Origin: an uncultured Alphaproteobacteria bacterium
GTDB lineage: Bacteria > Pseudomonadota > Alphaproteobacteria > Caulobacterales > Caulobacteraceae
DNA length: 64,000 nt
Reading direction: 5' to 3'
Assembly (NCBI GenBank): GCA_937920085.1
Contig: CALETE010000076.1
Span: 6,927 to 70,926 of the forward strand
The position numbers and the translations under genes were made by a program. The notes below the pieces were generated by a model, which was not told the DNA's origin, did no database searches, and worked only from the letters and a program-made list of their open reading frames with translations. This document shows, in pieces, positions 52,201 through 61,805 of the stretch; position 1 is the stretch's first letter, and every line of letters begins with the position of its first letter.

Positions 52201-52307
52201 CGACTGTGACTCAGGTTCTCCACAGGCAAGGCTTTATCCTGTGAGAAACTCGGCTAGCGGCGCTTTGCAACCCTGCCCGCCGCCGTCGCTTCGGCTATGC
52301 TCTGTCC

Positions 52308-53798
52308 ATGGCTATTGTTCCGGCACTCGACTTCGTTCCCGTCCTCAACGACCCCGCGATCCCCCATGCCCCGGCAAATGTCGAGGCCGAGCAAGCGCTG
52401 CTGGGAACAATTCTTTACGATAACTCAGCCTTCGAGCGGATCGGCGACTACCTCCAAGCCCGCCATTTCTACGAGCCGTTTCATCAGCGTCTCTACACGG
52501 TCATCGAGACCCACATTCGTAAAGGTCAATTGGCAGAGCCAATCCTGCTGGCCGAACAGTTCAGCCGCGACTCCGCGTTTGAGGAATTGGGCGGTGTCCG
52601 CTATTTCGCCGACCTTGTAGATCGTGCGCCCCCTGCCGCGAATGTGCAGGATTACGCCCGGGCCATCTATGAACTGGCTATTCGCCGCGATCTGATCCGC
52701 ATTGGCGGTGATATTAGCGTATCGGCCGCAGCGCCCGACCCTGAAAAGTCGGCGAGAGATCAGATTGAATCCGCCGAAGCCCAACTCTACGCTTTGGCGG
52801 AGACCGGAACGACCAACCAGGGCTTTATTCCTTTTGCCGATGCCCTGCATGGGGCTGTGGCTATGGCAGCTGAAGCCCACAGCCGCGATGGCGGCCTTGC
52901 TGGTATTTCCTGTGGTTTGATCGATCTGGACCAAAAGATCGGTGGTCTTCACCCCTCTGACCTTGTGATCCTCGCCGCAAGGCCATCTATGGGTAAGACC
53001 TCATTGGCCTGCAATATCGCCTTCGATATCGCCAAGCACTATGCCTGGGAACCACAGCCCGACGGAACGAAGAAACGCGTCGCAGGGGGCGTTGTCGCAT
53101 TCTTTTCCCTAGAAATGTCTGCCGAGCAGCTGGCTATGCGCCTTCTAGCGGAAGTGTCAGGTGTCTCCGGCGACCGCCTCCGCAAGGGCGAGATTGACGC
53201 AGTCGAATTTGGCCGCATTCGAGATGCCGCCTTAGAAATCCAGGAAGCACCCCTCTACATCGACGCCACTGGCGGTCTGTCCATGGCCAAGCTCGCGGCG
53301 CGGGCGCGGCGGCTGAAACGTCAGCACGGGCTAGACGTGATCTTCGTAGACTACTTGCAGTTAGTCACAGGGGGCGATGGCCGTTCCGACAATCGCGTGC
53401 AAGAAGTGTCGATGATTACCCAAAGTCTCAAAGCCTTAGCAAAGGAACTTGCGGTTCCGGTCATCGCCCTGTCTCAACTTTCACGTCAGGTTGAGAATCG
53501 AGAGGATAAGAAACCCCAACTCTCTGACCTGCGGGAGTCTGGCTCGATCGAGCAGGACGCAGACATGGTGATGTTCATCTATCGAGAGAGCTATTATCTC
53601 AGCCGGATGGAGCCCCGGGAAGGCACCCAAGAGCACCTGACTTGGCAGGAACAGATGGATCAGGTTGCAGGACAGGCCGATATCATTATTGGCAAACAGC
53701 GCCACGGTCCGATTGGCAATGTGAAGCTGGCCTTCAACGAAGAGATCACAAAGTTTGGGAATTTGGCCCGCGACGCCCGACGCTTCGACGTCCGCTAG
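52308..53798 (+). CDS. dnaB: replicative DNA helicase
   Basis: PHAPANVEAEQALLGTIL N-terminus, Walker A ARPSMGKTSL, SLEMS, DYLQL, QLSR. Normal length, no intein. Confidence 0.95.
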   Translation: MAIVPALDFVPVLNDPAIPHAPANVEAEQALLGTILYDNSAFERIGDYLQARHFYEPFHQRLYTVIETHIRKGQLAEPILLAEQFSRDSAFEELGGVRYFADLVDRAPPAANVQDYARAIYELAIRRDLIRIGGDISVSAAAPDPEKSARDQIESAEAQLYALAETGTTNQGFIPFADALHGAVAMAAEAHSRDGGLAGISCGLIDLDQKIGGLHPSDLVILAARPSMGKTSLACNIAFDIAKHYAWEPQPDGTKKRVAGGVVAFFSLEMSAEQLAMRLLAEVSGVSGDRLRKGEIDAVEFGRIRDAALEIQEAPLYIDATGGLSMAKLAARARRLKRQHGLDVIFVDYLQLVTGGDGRSDNRVQEVSMITQSLKALAKELAVPVIALSQLSRQVENREDKKPQLSDLRESGSIEQDADMVMFIYRESYYLSRMEPREGTQEHLTWQEQMDQVAGQADIIIGKQRHGPIGNVKLAFNEEITKFGNLARDARRFDVR

Positions 53799-53831
53799 CC
53801 CCCGACCCCGCACCGCGCTAAGGGGAGCATT

Positions 53832-54923
53832 ATGATCCCCACTGCCGCCCGATTGACCATTGATCTCGACGCCCTCGCGGCGAACTACAATGTGCTGTGC
53901 GAAATTGCTGGAGGGGTTGAAGCTGCTCCCGTTGTCAAGGCCGATGGGTATGGGCTCGGGGCTGCCTTGGTCGCAGGCCGGCTTTGGCGAGAGGGTGCGA
54001 GACAATTTTTTGTCGCAAGACTCTCTGAGGGCGTGGCTCTTCGGTCAGCCTTGGGCCCTGATCGCCCAGCCGTAATTTACGTTCTTGATGGCTATGTCGC
54101 AGGTGCAGGCCCCGCCCTTATCGCGGCAAACCTCACCCCTGTTTTGAGCAGCTTAGATCAGGTCAAACAGTCAGAGATCTGGGCGGAAAGCCTCGGATTT
54201 AAGCCCAGCATCGCCCTTCAAGTTGATACAGGCATGAACCGGCAAGGGCTAACGCCGCAAGGCTTGATCGACCTTGTTCAAGGTCCCGATCCCTTGGCGA
54301 ATTTGGATCTTAAGTTGATCATGAGCCATCTGGGGTCTGCGACCCTGCCCTCGGACTCAAGGTCAGCCGAGCAGCTCACGAAATTTCGTCCCCTCCGCGC
54401 CCTTTTTCCCCAAGTTCCAGCCAGCCTCGCAGCCTCAGCTGGGATTTTTCTAGGTCGAGATTATCACTTCGACCTCGTCAGGCCCGGGATCAGCCTATTC
54501 GGCGGTGGCCCAAAGGAACGTCCCGATCCTCGGCTAAAGGCGGTCGCGACATTCGAGGCCCCGATTTGCGATATTCGCTGTGTCGATGCGGGTGAGACCA
54601 TAGGTTATGGCCCCGAAACGGTCCTGTCGAAGCCCACCCGCCTTGCCGTAATCGCTGCGGGCTATGCAGACGGGTTACTGCGCTTTTCAAAAGGAAAGGC
54701 CTTCGCTTGGTTCAAAGGGGCTTTGAGACCGATTGTCTCTGTGACGATGGACCTCACATCGGTGGATATTGGTGACACCCCAGCCGCCCCAGGCGAATGG
54801 GTCGAGGTGATGGGCAATAACGCCCACATTGACCGCTTGGCCACCGCCGCAAAAACGGTCGCTCATGAATGCCTCGTCCGGATCAGTGCACGCGCCGATC
54901 GGGTCATTGTCGGTGAAACCTAG
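53832..54923 (+). CDS. alr: alanine racemase
   Basis: PLP lysine motif VVKADGYGLG, and MSHL. Conserved dnaB-alr adjacency. Confidence 0.9.
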   Translation: MIPTAARLTIDLDALAANYNVLCEIAGGVEAAPVVKADGYGLGAALVAGRLWREGARQFFVARLSEGVALRSALGPDRPAVIYVLDGYVAGAGPALIAANLTPVLSSLDQVKQSEIWAESLGFKPSIALQVDTGMNRQGLTPQGLIDLVQGPDPLANLDLKLIMSHLGSATLPSDSRSAEQLTKFRPLRALFPQVPASLAASAGIFLGRDYHFDLVRPGISLFGGGPKERPDPRLKAVATFEAPICDIRCVDAGETIGYGPETVLSKPTRLAVIAAGYADGLLRFSKGKAFAWFKGALRPIVSVTMDLTSVDIGDTPAAPGEWVEVMGNNAHIDRLATAAKTVAHECLVRISARADRVIVGET

Positions 54924-55010
54924 CTCGCCCGCCCCTAAAACGGCATGGGCGGCGACCTTAGATTTATGCAAAAATAGTCCATCGGGGCCAATCCCGACTC
55001 AGGAGAGCTC

Positions 55011-56375
55011 ATGGCCCGCGACGGTGCCGTCTATGTCTGTCAGTCCTGTGGTGCGGCTCAGTCGAAATGGGCCGGTCAATGCCCCGCATGTGGGAACTGG
55101 AACACGCTGGTCGAAGAGGCCCAATCCAGACCTCCTGGCGCCCTGGCCCCGAGCAAGGCGACAAAGACCCGCGGTCTCGTTTTTCAAGGCCTTGAGTCAC
55201 AAACTCCGGCACCGCCTCGCATAGCGACGGGTATTGATGAGTTTGATCGGGTCTGTGGCGGCGGCGTCGTGCCAGGGTCTGCAATTTTGGTTGGCGGCGA
55301 TCCTGGGGTTGGCAAGTCTACCCTCCTCCTGCAAGTCGTTGGATCCGCATCCCGCCGCGGCGCATCCTGTGCATATATTTCAGGTGAGGAAGCCGTTGAG
55401 CAAATACGCGGCCGCGCCCACCGCATGGGTCTGGCCGATGCACCCGTGCGGTTAGCCGCCGAGACCAGTCTGAGAGAAATTCTCGATGGCCTGAAGCGAG
55501 ACCGCTTCGACCTTGTGGTCATCGACTCGATCCAAACCATGTGGAGCGACGCTCATGAGGCGGCCCCCGGGTCCGTGACCCAGGTACGCGCGGCGGCAGG
55601 TGAACTGGTCAGACTGGCTAAAAAACAGGGGGTCGCTGTTATCCTGGTCGGCCATGTCACTAAAGAAGGCACCATCGCGGGCCCGCGGGTGATCGAGCAC
55701 ATGGTGGATGCAGTTTTAGCGTTCGAGGGGGAGCGCGGCTATCCGTTCCGTGTTCTCCGCGGTGTGAAAAATCGGTTCGGTGCCACCGATGAGATTGGCG
55801 TCTTCGAGATGGGCGATTCAGGGCTGAACGAGGTCCGCAATCCCTCAGCCCTCTTTCTCGACACTTCAGGTGAGCGCGCGGCCGGTGCCGCTGTTTTTGC
55901 CGGAATCGAGGGCAGTAGACCGGTTTTGGTTGAGTTTCAGGCCCTTGTGGCACCCTCAGCCTATGGCACGCCGCGCAGGGCCGTCGTCGGCTGGGATTCA
56001 GGGCGACTTGCCATGGTCCTAGCGGTCCTAGAGGCCCGATGCGGGGTCAGTCTGGGCAATCGCGACGTGTACCTGAATGTCGCAGGCGGGCTTCGTATTA
56101 ACGAACCCGCGGCGGATCTCGCGGCCGCTGCAGCCCTCGCCTCCTCGGCTTTGGATGTTGCCTTGCCCCAAGACTGCGTGGTGTTTGGCGAGATCAGTCT
56201 TTCTGGCGACATTCGCGGGGTCAGTCATATGGACTCCCGCCTCAAGGAAGCCGCGAAGCTGGGATTTAAGCAGGCGCTAGGGCCCTCTGATCTAGACGGA
56301 GGCCCCTTAAAGATGTCGGGCGTGAAACGATTAGCCGATGCCATTGCGCGCATCGGTGGCGGCGACTGGACTTAG
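55011..56375 (+). CDS. radA: DNA repair protein RadA
   Basis: Zinc finger CQSCGAAQSKWAGQCPACGNWN, Walker A GDPGVGKSTLL, KNRFG, and a Lon-like C-terminal domain. Confidence 0.95.
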   Translation: MARDGAVYVCQSCGAAQSKWAGQCPACGNWNTLVEEAQSRPPGALAPSKATKTRGLVFQGLESQTPAPPRIATGIDEFDRVCGGGVVPGSAILVGGDPGVGKSTLLLQVVGSASRRGASCAYISGEEAVEQIRGRAHRMGLADAPVRLAAETSLREILDGLKRDRFDLVVIDSIQTMWSDAHEAAPGSVTQVRAAAGELVRLAKKQGVAVILVGHVTKEGTIAGPRVIEHMVDAVLAFEGERGYPFRVLRGVKNRFGATDEIGVFEMGDSGLNEVRNPSALFLDTSGERAAGAAVFAGIEGSRPVLVEFQALVAPSAYGTPRRAVVGWDSGRLAMVLAVLEARCGVSLGNRDVYLNVAGGLRINEPAADLAAAAALASSALDVALPQDCVVFGEISLSGDIRGVSHMDSRLKEAAKLGFKQALGPSDLDGGPLKMSGVKRLADAIARIGGGDWT

Positions 56376-56380
56376 GCGGC

Positions 56381-57001
56381 ATGGCGACGTTCGATATTAT
56401 AGTTCTTGCCATTTTGGTCATCTCAGCAGGGATCGGCTTCTATCAAGGGGCTGTCCGCGAGATGGTCTCGTCGGTGTCGTTTTTGGTGGCAGCGGTTGCA
56501 TCGGTCTATGGCTTGCACTTCACAGGACCAATGGCTCATAAAATGATCCATCCAAACTGGGTCGGAACAGTTTGTGCGCTCGTCTTGACCTTCATCCTTG
56601 TCTTCGCTGCGCTACGCCTGCTCGGCGCGAGCCTTAGTCAGGGTATTCGCAGCATGCCCGTTTTAGGGGCCCTCGATCGCTCCATCGGTCTTGGGTTTGG
56701 TTTATTGAGAGCCTTCATTTTTCTGGGTGCCTGCAACCTCGCCTTCAATGCAGCCACCCCAGTCAGCCTGCGGCCCGCCTGGCTTGAGGACTCAAAACTC
56801 TACCCATTGACGGAGGTCGCCGGTACCCTCCTCAAGACAATCGCTCCGAAGGGTTTGGACGCTGCGGGCCAGCTAAAACCCGCTTTCACAAGGGCCGTTC
56901 TTGACGGTTCTGTGAACCCGCAGCGTGACTCTGGTGATAGCTCAGGCTATGACGCCCGCTCCCGTGGCGGAATCGACGATCTGGTGGAGAAAGCCCGATG
57001 A
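56381..57001 (+). CDS. cvpA: CvpA-family membrane protein (colicin V production protein)
   Basis: Four TM helices with a CvpA-like N-terminus (FDIIVLAILVISAGIGFYQGAVRE). Classic position upstream of purF with a 4-nt overlap. Confidence 0.85.
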   Translation: MATFDIIVLAILVISAGIGFYQGAVREMVSSVSFLVAAVASVYGLHFTGPMAHKMIHPNWVGTVCALVLTFILVFAALRLLGASLSQGIRSMPVLGALDRSIGLGFGLLRAFIFLGACNLAFNAATPVSLRPAWLEDSKLYPLTEVAGTLLKTIAPKGLDAAGQLKPAFTRAVLDGSVNPQRDSGDSSGYDARSRGGIDDLVEKAR

Positions 57002-58482
57002 TGACCCCTCCGGACCGATGGTCACCCAGAGATCCAGATGATGACGCTCCAAGGCTGGAGTGTGGGGTCTTTGGGGTGTTCGATACGCCTGAGGCCTCAG
57101 TCCTTACGGCCCTAGGGCTGCATGCCCTGCAGCACCGTGGACAAGAAGCGTGCGGCATTGTCAGCTTTGATGGGCAAGGCTTTCACAGCGAACGGCACAT
57201 GGGGTATGTGGGCGATGCTTTTGCTGGCAATGATCTCAACACCCGACTGCCAGGACATTCGGCTGTAGGCCATACGCGATACTCGACCGCAGGCGGCAGT
57301 TTCATCCGCAATGTTCAGCCCATGTTCGCCGACCTAGATCAGGGTGGCGTTGCCATTGCGCACAATGGAAACCTCACGAATTTCCTGACCTTGCGCCAGC
57401 AATTGGTGGCTGATGGCAGTATATTTCAATCGACCTCAGACTCTGAGGTCATCCTTCACCTGCTGGCCCGCTCCAGGCACAGCAAGCTCGTAGATCGGTT
57501 TATCGACGCGATCCGACAGATCGAGGGCGGCTATGCCCTCATTGCCCTTACCAACAAGAAGCTTATCGGTATCCGCGACCCTCTGGGCATCCGTCCTCTT
57601 GTGCTGGGTGAGCTAGATGGCAAGCCCGTTTTGGCTTCGGAAACCTGTGCCTTGGATATTATCGGTGCTCGCTTCGTTCGCGATATTGAGCACGGGGAAA
57701 TGGTGATCATCGATCACAATGGCATTGAAAGCCTTCGGCCCTTCCCGGCCGCGAAGGCCAGGCCCTGCATTTGGGAATACGTGTATTTTGCGAGACCTGA
57801 CTCCGTTGTGAACGGCCGCTCGGTCTACGACGTCCGTAAACGGATGGGCCGACGATTGGCGCAGGAATGCCCAGCCTCGGTAGACGTGATTGTTCCAGTG
57901 CCAGACTCCGGTGTCCCTTCGGCCTTGGGCTATGCTCAAGAGACTGGGGTGCCCTTTGAGATGGGCATTATCCGCAATCACTATGTTGGTCGGACCTTTA
58001 TTCTGCCCACCCAAGGGGCCCGGGATATGGGGGTGCGGATGAAGCTATCCCCCAATCGTGCTGTGCTGGCAGGCAAGCGCGTTATGCTTATTGATGACTC
58101 CATCGTCCGCGGGACTACGGCAGTTCGGTTCGTGAAAATGGTTCGTGATGCGGGTGCTGCTGAGGTGCACCTCCGGTCGGCCTCCCCACCGCTGAAGTGG
58201 CCCGATTTTTATGGGGTCGACATGCCCGATCGCGACAAGCTTTTGGCGGCGACCCACACGGTCGAAGAAATCGCAGAATATCTGAACGTGGATTCTATGG
58301 GATACCTTTCGGTGGATGGCCTCTATTGGGCCATGGATGCAGGGCCTCGAAACCCTGCAGAACCCCAATTCACAGACCACTATTTTACCGGGGACTATCC
58401 GACCCGGCTTCTGGACCGGGAAATCGCTGAGGGACGGAATGAGGCGGCCGAGCGCCAGTTATCGTTCCTTGTGGACGCCTGA
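56998..58482 (+). CDS. purF: amidophosphoribosyltransferase
   Basis: Ntn nucleophile ECGVFGVF after an ~22-residue propeptide, and PRPP loop VMLIDDSIVRGTT. Confidence 0.95.
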   Translation: MMTPPDRWSPRDPDDDAPRLECGVFGVFDTPEASVLTALGLHALQHRGQEACGIVSFDGQGFHSERHMGYVGDAFAGNDLNTRLPGHSAVGHTRYSTAGGSFIRNVQPMFADLDQGGVAIAHNGNLTNFLTLRQQLVADGSIFQSTSDSEVILHLLARSRHSKLVDRFIDAIRQIEGGYALIALTNKKLIGIRDPLGIRPLVLGELDGKPVLASETCALDIIGARFVRDIEHGEMVIIDHNGIESLRPFPAAKARPCIWEYVYFARPDSVVNGRSVYDVRKRMGRRLAQECPASVDVIVPVPDSGVPSALGYAQETGVPFEMGIIRNHYVGRTFILPTQGARDMGVRMKLSPNRAVLAGKRVMLIDDSIVRGTTAVRFVKMVRDAGAAEVHLRSASPPLKWPDFYGVDMPDRDKLLAATHTVEEIAEYLNVDSMGYLSVDGLYWAMDAGPRNPAEPQFTDHYFTGDYPTRLLDREIAEGRNEAAERQLSFLVDA

Positions 58483-58550
58483 TCATTTCTAGAACTCGCG
58501 CCCTCCTCGCTCGCCTGCGTCCGGACACCTATATCCTGCTGATTATCGGC

Positions 58551-59486
58551 ATGGTGGTGTTGGCTAGCTTCCTTCCCGTGCACGGAAGGGCGGCGGGCCC
58601 CTTCGGTCTTGCAACGAAAATCGCTATTGGCCTTGTCTTTTTTCTGCATGGCGCAAAGCTCTCAAGGCAGGCCGTCATCGCCGGGGTGACACACTGGCGG
58701 CTGCACCTGCTAATCCTGGCGTCAACCTTTGTGCTCTTTCCCGTTTTGACCCTCGGTCTGGCGGCTCTGCCCAATTGGATTACACCTGCAGCCCTGGCTC
58801 CAGGTCTCATTTTTCTAGGATGCCTTCCGTCGACAATTCAGTCGTCGATTGGATTTACAGCGATTGCCCGTGGAAATGTGGCTGCCACGGTCGCCTCAGC
58901 GACAGCTTCAAATCTTCTCGGGATCGCGATTACACCCCTGCTTGGGGCCGCCCTGATGCATACCAATGGCGGCGGACTATCCCTTCATTCAGCTGAAGCG
59001 ATTGTCTTTCAATTGCTGGTTCCCTTCCTTGCCGGGCAACTCCTTCGGCCCTGGATTGGCGGGTGGGTGGCTGCCAACAGCAAGCTTCTGTCCTACGTTG
59101 ATAGAGGCTCCATCCTGATGGTGGTTTACACTGCCTTCTCCGAGGCCGTGGTCGGTGGCATTTGGAACCGCGTCGGTGCCGTAGACCTGATCCGGCTGGG
59201 CTTGCTTTGTGGCGGCTTGCTGACTGCGGTCCTTCTGATCACCTACACCGCTGCCCAGGCTTTGAAATTCGGCAAGGCCGATGAGATCACCATCGTGTTC
59301 TGTGGGTCAAAGAAGAGCCTAGCAAGCGGCGTCCCAATGGCCGGTGTGCTCTTTCCTGGCGCAAGCCTAGGCCTAATTCTTTTGCCGATCATGATTTTTC
59401 ATCAGATTCAACTCATGGTCAGCGCTGTCATCGCTCAGCAATATGCGGAAAGACCGGACGATCCGGTAACGCCAGAACATTCCTAA
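58551..59486 (+). CDS. bile acid:sodium symporter (BASS / YfeH-like) family transporter
   Basis: Polytopic membrane protein with BASS-like motifs (GFTAIARGNVAA, CGSKKSLASGVPMA). Coordinates use the first ATG, but the real N-terminus probably starts upstream (see finding). Confidence 0.8.
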   Translation: MVVLASFLPVHGRAAGPFGLATKIAIGLVFFLHGAKLSRQAVIAGVTHWRLHLLILASTFVLFPVLTLGLAALPNWITPAALAPGLIFLGCLPSTIQSSIGFTAIARGNVAATVASATASNLLGIAITPLLGAALMHTNGGGLSLHSAEAIVFQLLVPFLAGQLLRPWIGGWVAANSKLLSYVDRGSILMVVYTAFSEAVVGGIWNRVGAVDLIRLGLLCGGLLTAVLLITYTAAQALKFGKADEITIVFCGSKKSLASGVPMAGVLFPGASLGLILLPIMIFHQIQLMVSAVIAQQYAERPDDPVTPEHS

Positions 59487-59495
59487 AGAGTAGAC

Positions 59496-60251
59496 ATGAC
59501 CGATCCCAAGACACCCCTTGCCGGACAAATCGCCCTTGTAACGGGCGCAAGCCGAGGTATTGGGCGCGCCACAGCCCTCGCCCTGGCCACCGCCGGCGCC
59601 CATATTGTCGCAACAGCGCGCACCCAAGGCGGTCTTGAATCCCTAGACGACGAAATTCGTAACCGAACCGGGCAACCAGCGACCCTTGTACCCCTCGACC
59701 TTTCACAGCCTGATGGACTGGACCATCTCGGTCTCGCCATCCACGAAAGGTTTGGTCGCCTGGACCTCCTCGTCCATTGCGGCGCGGTGCTCGGGCCTCT
59801 GACCCCGGTAAGTCATGTGGAGCCAGGGGTCTGGGAGCGGGTAATGACCGTCAATGCCACAGCCACCTACCGGCTCATCCGTGCGACAGAGCGGCTCCTG
59901 AAGGCAGCCCCAAGCGGACGGGCTCTGTTTCTCACGACAGGACGGGTTGTCCGCCCAAAGGCCTTCTGGGGCCCCTATGGAGCATCCAAGGCGGCCATGG
60001 AGCATATCGTGCGCACATGGGCCGATGAGATGGAAAATACGACTGTCCGGGCAGCCCTCATCGATCCAGGCTCCATGCGCACCAAGATGCGCGCCGAGGC
60101 CATGCCCGGTGAAGACCCCCTCACCCTACCCGACCCTGTCGAGATTGGCCCCTTGATCGTAGAATTGGCTCAGGCAGACCTGGGCCTGCCTAAGTCTAAC
60201 GTCGATTTTTCGGCGTGGCTGAAAGCACGCGGGCCGCACGCTTCGGCTTGA
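59496..60251 (+). CDS. short-chain dehydrogenase/reductase
   Basis: TGASRGIG and the YGASKAA catalytic motif. Confidence 0.85.
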   Translation: MTDPKTPLAGQIALVTGASRGIGRATALALATAGAHIVATARTQGGLESLDDEIRNRTGQPATLVPLDLSQPDGLDHLGLAIHERFGRLDLLVHCGAVLGPLTPVSHVEPGVWERVMTVNATATYRLIRATERLLKAAPSGRALFLTTGRVVRPKAFWGPYGASKAAMEHIVRTWADEMENTTVRAALIDPGSMRTKMRAEAMPGEDPLTLPDPVEIGPLIVELAQADLGLPKSNVDFSAWLKARGPHASA

Positions 60252-61785
60252 CGCCGGGCCTTGCCAGTTTCTGCGCCCTGCCCTTGGGTGCCCCTGTCGG
60301 TTTGGGCTTAGCTACCCGGACGGGCTTGGGTCTACCTGTGGCCCCAGCCTTGGCTTTAGCCGCAGCTTCTGCCTTCTTCTTTGTGGCCAGCCCCGTCTTG
60401 ACCTTATTCCGGTTGGGCTTGGGTCGGTCGATGGCGACCCCACTTTTAGCTTCGCCCTCTGCATAGGGGTTCTTATTCGACTTCACGGTCAGGCGCATGG
60501 GCACCCCAGGCAAGTCGAAGCTCTCGCGCAGGGAGTGGATCAAATACCGCTTATAATGCTCCGGCAATTGGTCAGCACGACTGGCGAACATGACGAAAGT
60601 CGGCGGACGCGCCTTGGTTTGCGCCATATATTTCGGCTTTACCCGTCGTCCACCCACGGCTGGAGGCGGGTGCCTCTGGATGGCCATGGCTAGCCAGTCA
60701 TTAAGGTCGCGCGTCTTAACCTTAGTAGACCAGTCTGAGTGGGCCTTGAGAACAGCTGGCATAAGTTTGTCGAGATTTCGCCCCGTCTCGGCGGAAAGGG
60801 CAATGAGCGGCGATCCTCTCAACTGAGGCAGTGCGCGATCAACCTTCTCCGTGATCTCATCGAGGGTTGCCCTAGGGTCCTCCACGAGGTCCCATTTCGC
60901 CACCACAAACACCAGGGCGCGCCCCTCGCGTTCCACCAGGTCAGCGATTTGCAGGTCCTGGATCTCCAGCGGATGGGTCGCATCCATCACCAACACCACA
61001 ACCTCGGCAAAGGTTATGGCGCGGATCGTGTCAGCTGTTGAAAGCTTCTCAAGTTTCTCTTGGACCCGCGCCTTCCGACGAAGACCTGCGGTGTCCACCA
61101 GTCGAATAGCGCGACCGTCCCATTCCCAATCGACGGGGATAGCGTCGCGGGTAATTCCAGCCTCAGGACCAGTCAGAAGACGGTCCTCGCCAATCAACTT
61201 ATTGATCAGTGTCGATTTTCCGGCATTGGGTCGGCCAACAATAGCCAGCTTGACGGGCATTTCCGTAAGGACGCCCTCGACGATTTCATGCTCATCGGAA
61301 AGTTCAACCAAGGCGTTGAACAGATCCGCCATGCCTTCGCCGTGCTCGGCTGAGATCGCGATCGGTTCGCCCAGGCCAAGACGGAAGGCATCATTGACCC
61401 CGTCATCGCCTTTTTTGCCTTCGGCCTTGTTGGCAGCCAAAATGACAGGCTTGTCCTTCCGACGCAGGATCTCGGAAAAGACCTCGTCCATGGGTGTGAT
61501 GCCTTCGCGGGCATCCACGACGAAGAGCGCGACATCAGCCTCATCGATGGCGATTTCCGTCTGAGCCCGCATGCGGGCTTCGAGACTTTCGTCTGTGACG
61601 TCTTCGAAGCCTGCCGTATCAATCAATTCAAGCGCCAGGTCACCCAGCTGCCCTGTGGCAAACCGCCGATCCCGGGTCACCCCAGGACGGTCGTCAACGA
61701 TCGCCAGCTTTTTGCCGGCTAAGCGATTGAACAGGGTCGACTTGCCAACATTGGGCCGTCCGACAATAGCGATCCTAAGCGGCAT
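60196..61785 (-). CDS. der: ribosome-biogenesis GTPase Der (EngA) with an extended basic C-terminal tail
   Basis: Two G domains ([12 protein letters not shown]; [12 protein letters not shown]), a KH-like domain ending ...KNPYA, then a Lys/Arg/Ala/Pro-rich tail. Confidence 0.95.
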   Translation of the reverse strand: MPLRIAIVGRPNVGKSTLFNRLAGKKLAIVDDRPGVTRDRRFATGQLGDLALELIDTAGFEDVTDESLEARMRAQTEIAIDEADVALFVVDAREGITPMDEVFSEILRRKDKPVILAANKAEGKKGDDGVNDAFRLGLGEPIAISAEHGEGMADLFNALVELSDEHEIVEGVLTEMPVKLAIVGRPNAGKSTLINKLIGEDRLLTGPEAGITRDAIPVDWEWDGRAIRLVDTAGLRRKARVQEKLEKLSTADTIRAITFAEVVVLVMDATHPLEIQDLQIADLVEREGRALVFVVAKWDLVEDPRATLDEITEKVDRALPQLRGSPLIALSAETGRNLDKLMPAVLKAHSDWSTKVKTRDLNDWLAMAIQRHPPPAVGGRRVKPKYMAQTKARPPTFVMFASRADQLPEHYKRYLIHSLRESFDLPGVPMRLTVKSNKNPYAEGEAKSGVAIDRPKPNRNKVKTGLATKKKAEAAAKAKAGATGRPKPVRVAKPKPTGAPKGRAQKLARPGVKPKRAARVLSATPKNRR

Positions 61786-61805
61786 GGGCTCATACCCTTC
61801 CCGCT

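Noticed and set aside
52308-53798. Checked DnaB (and RadA and PyrG) for inteins or large insertions
   Set aside because: Their lengths (496, 454 and 546 aa) and contiguous motifs are normal. The short insertion after Walker A in DnaB is within ordinary family variation.
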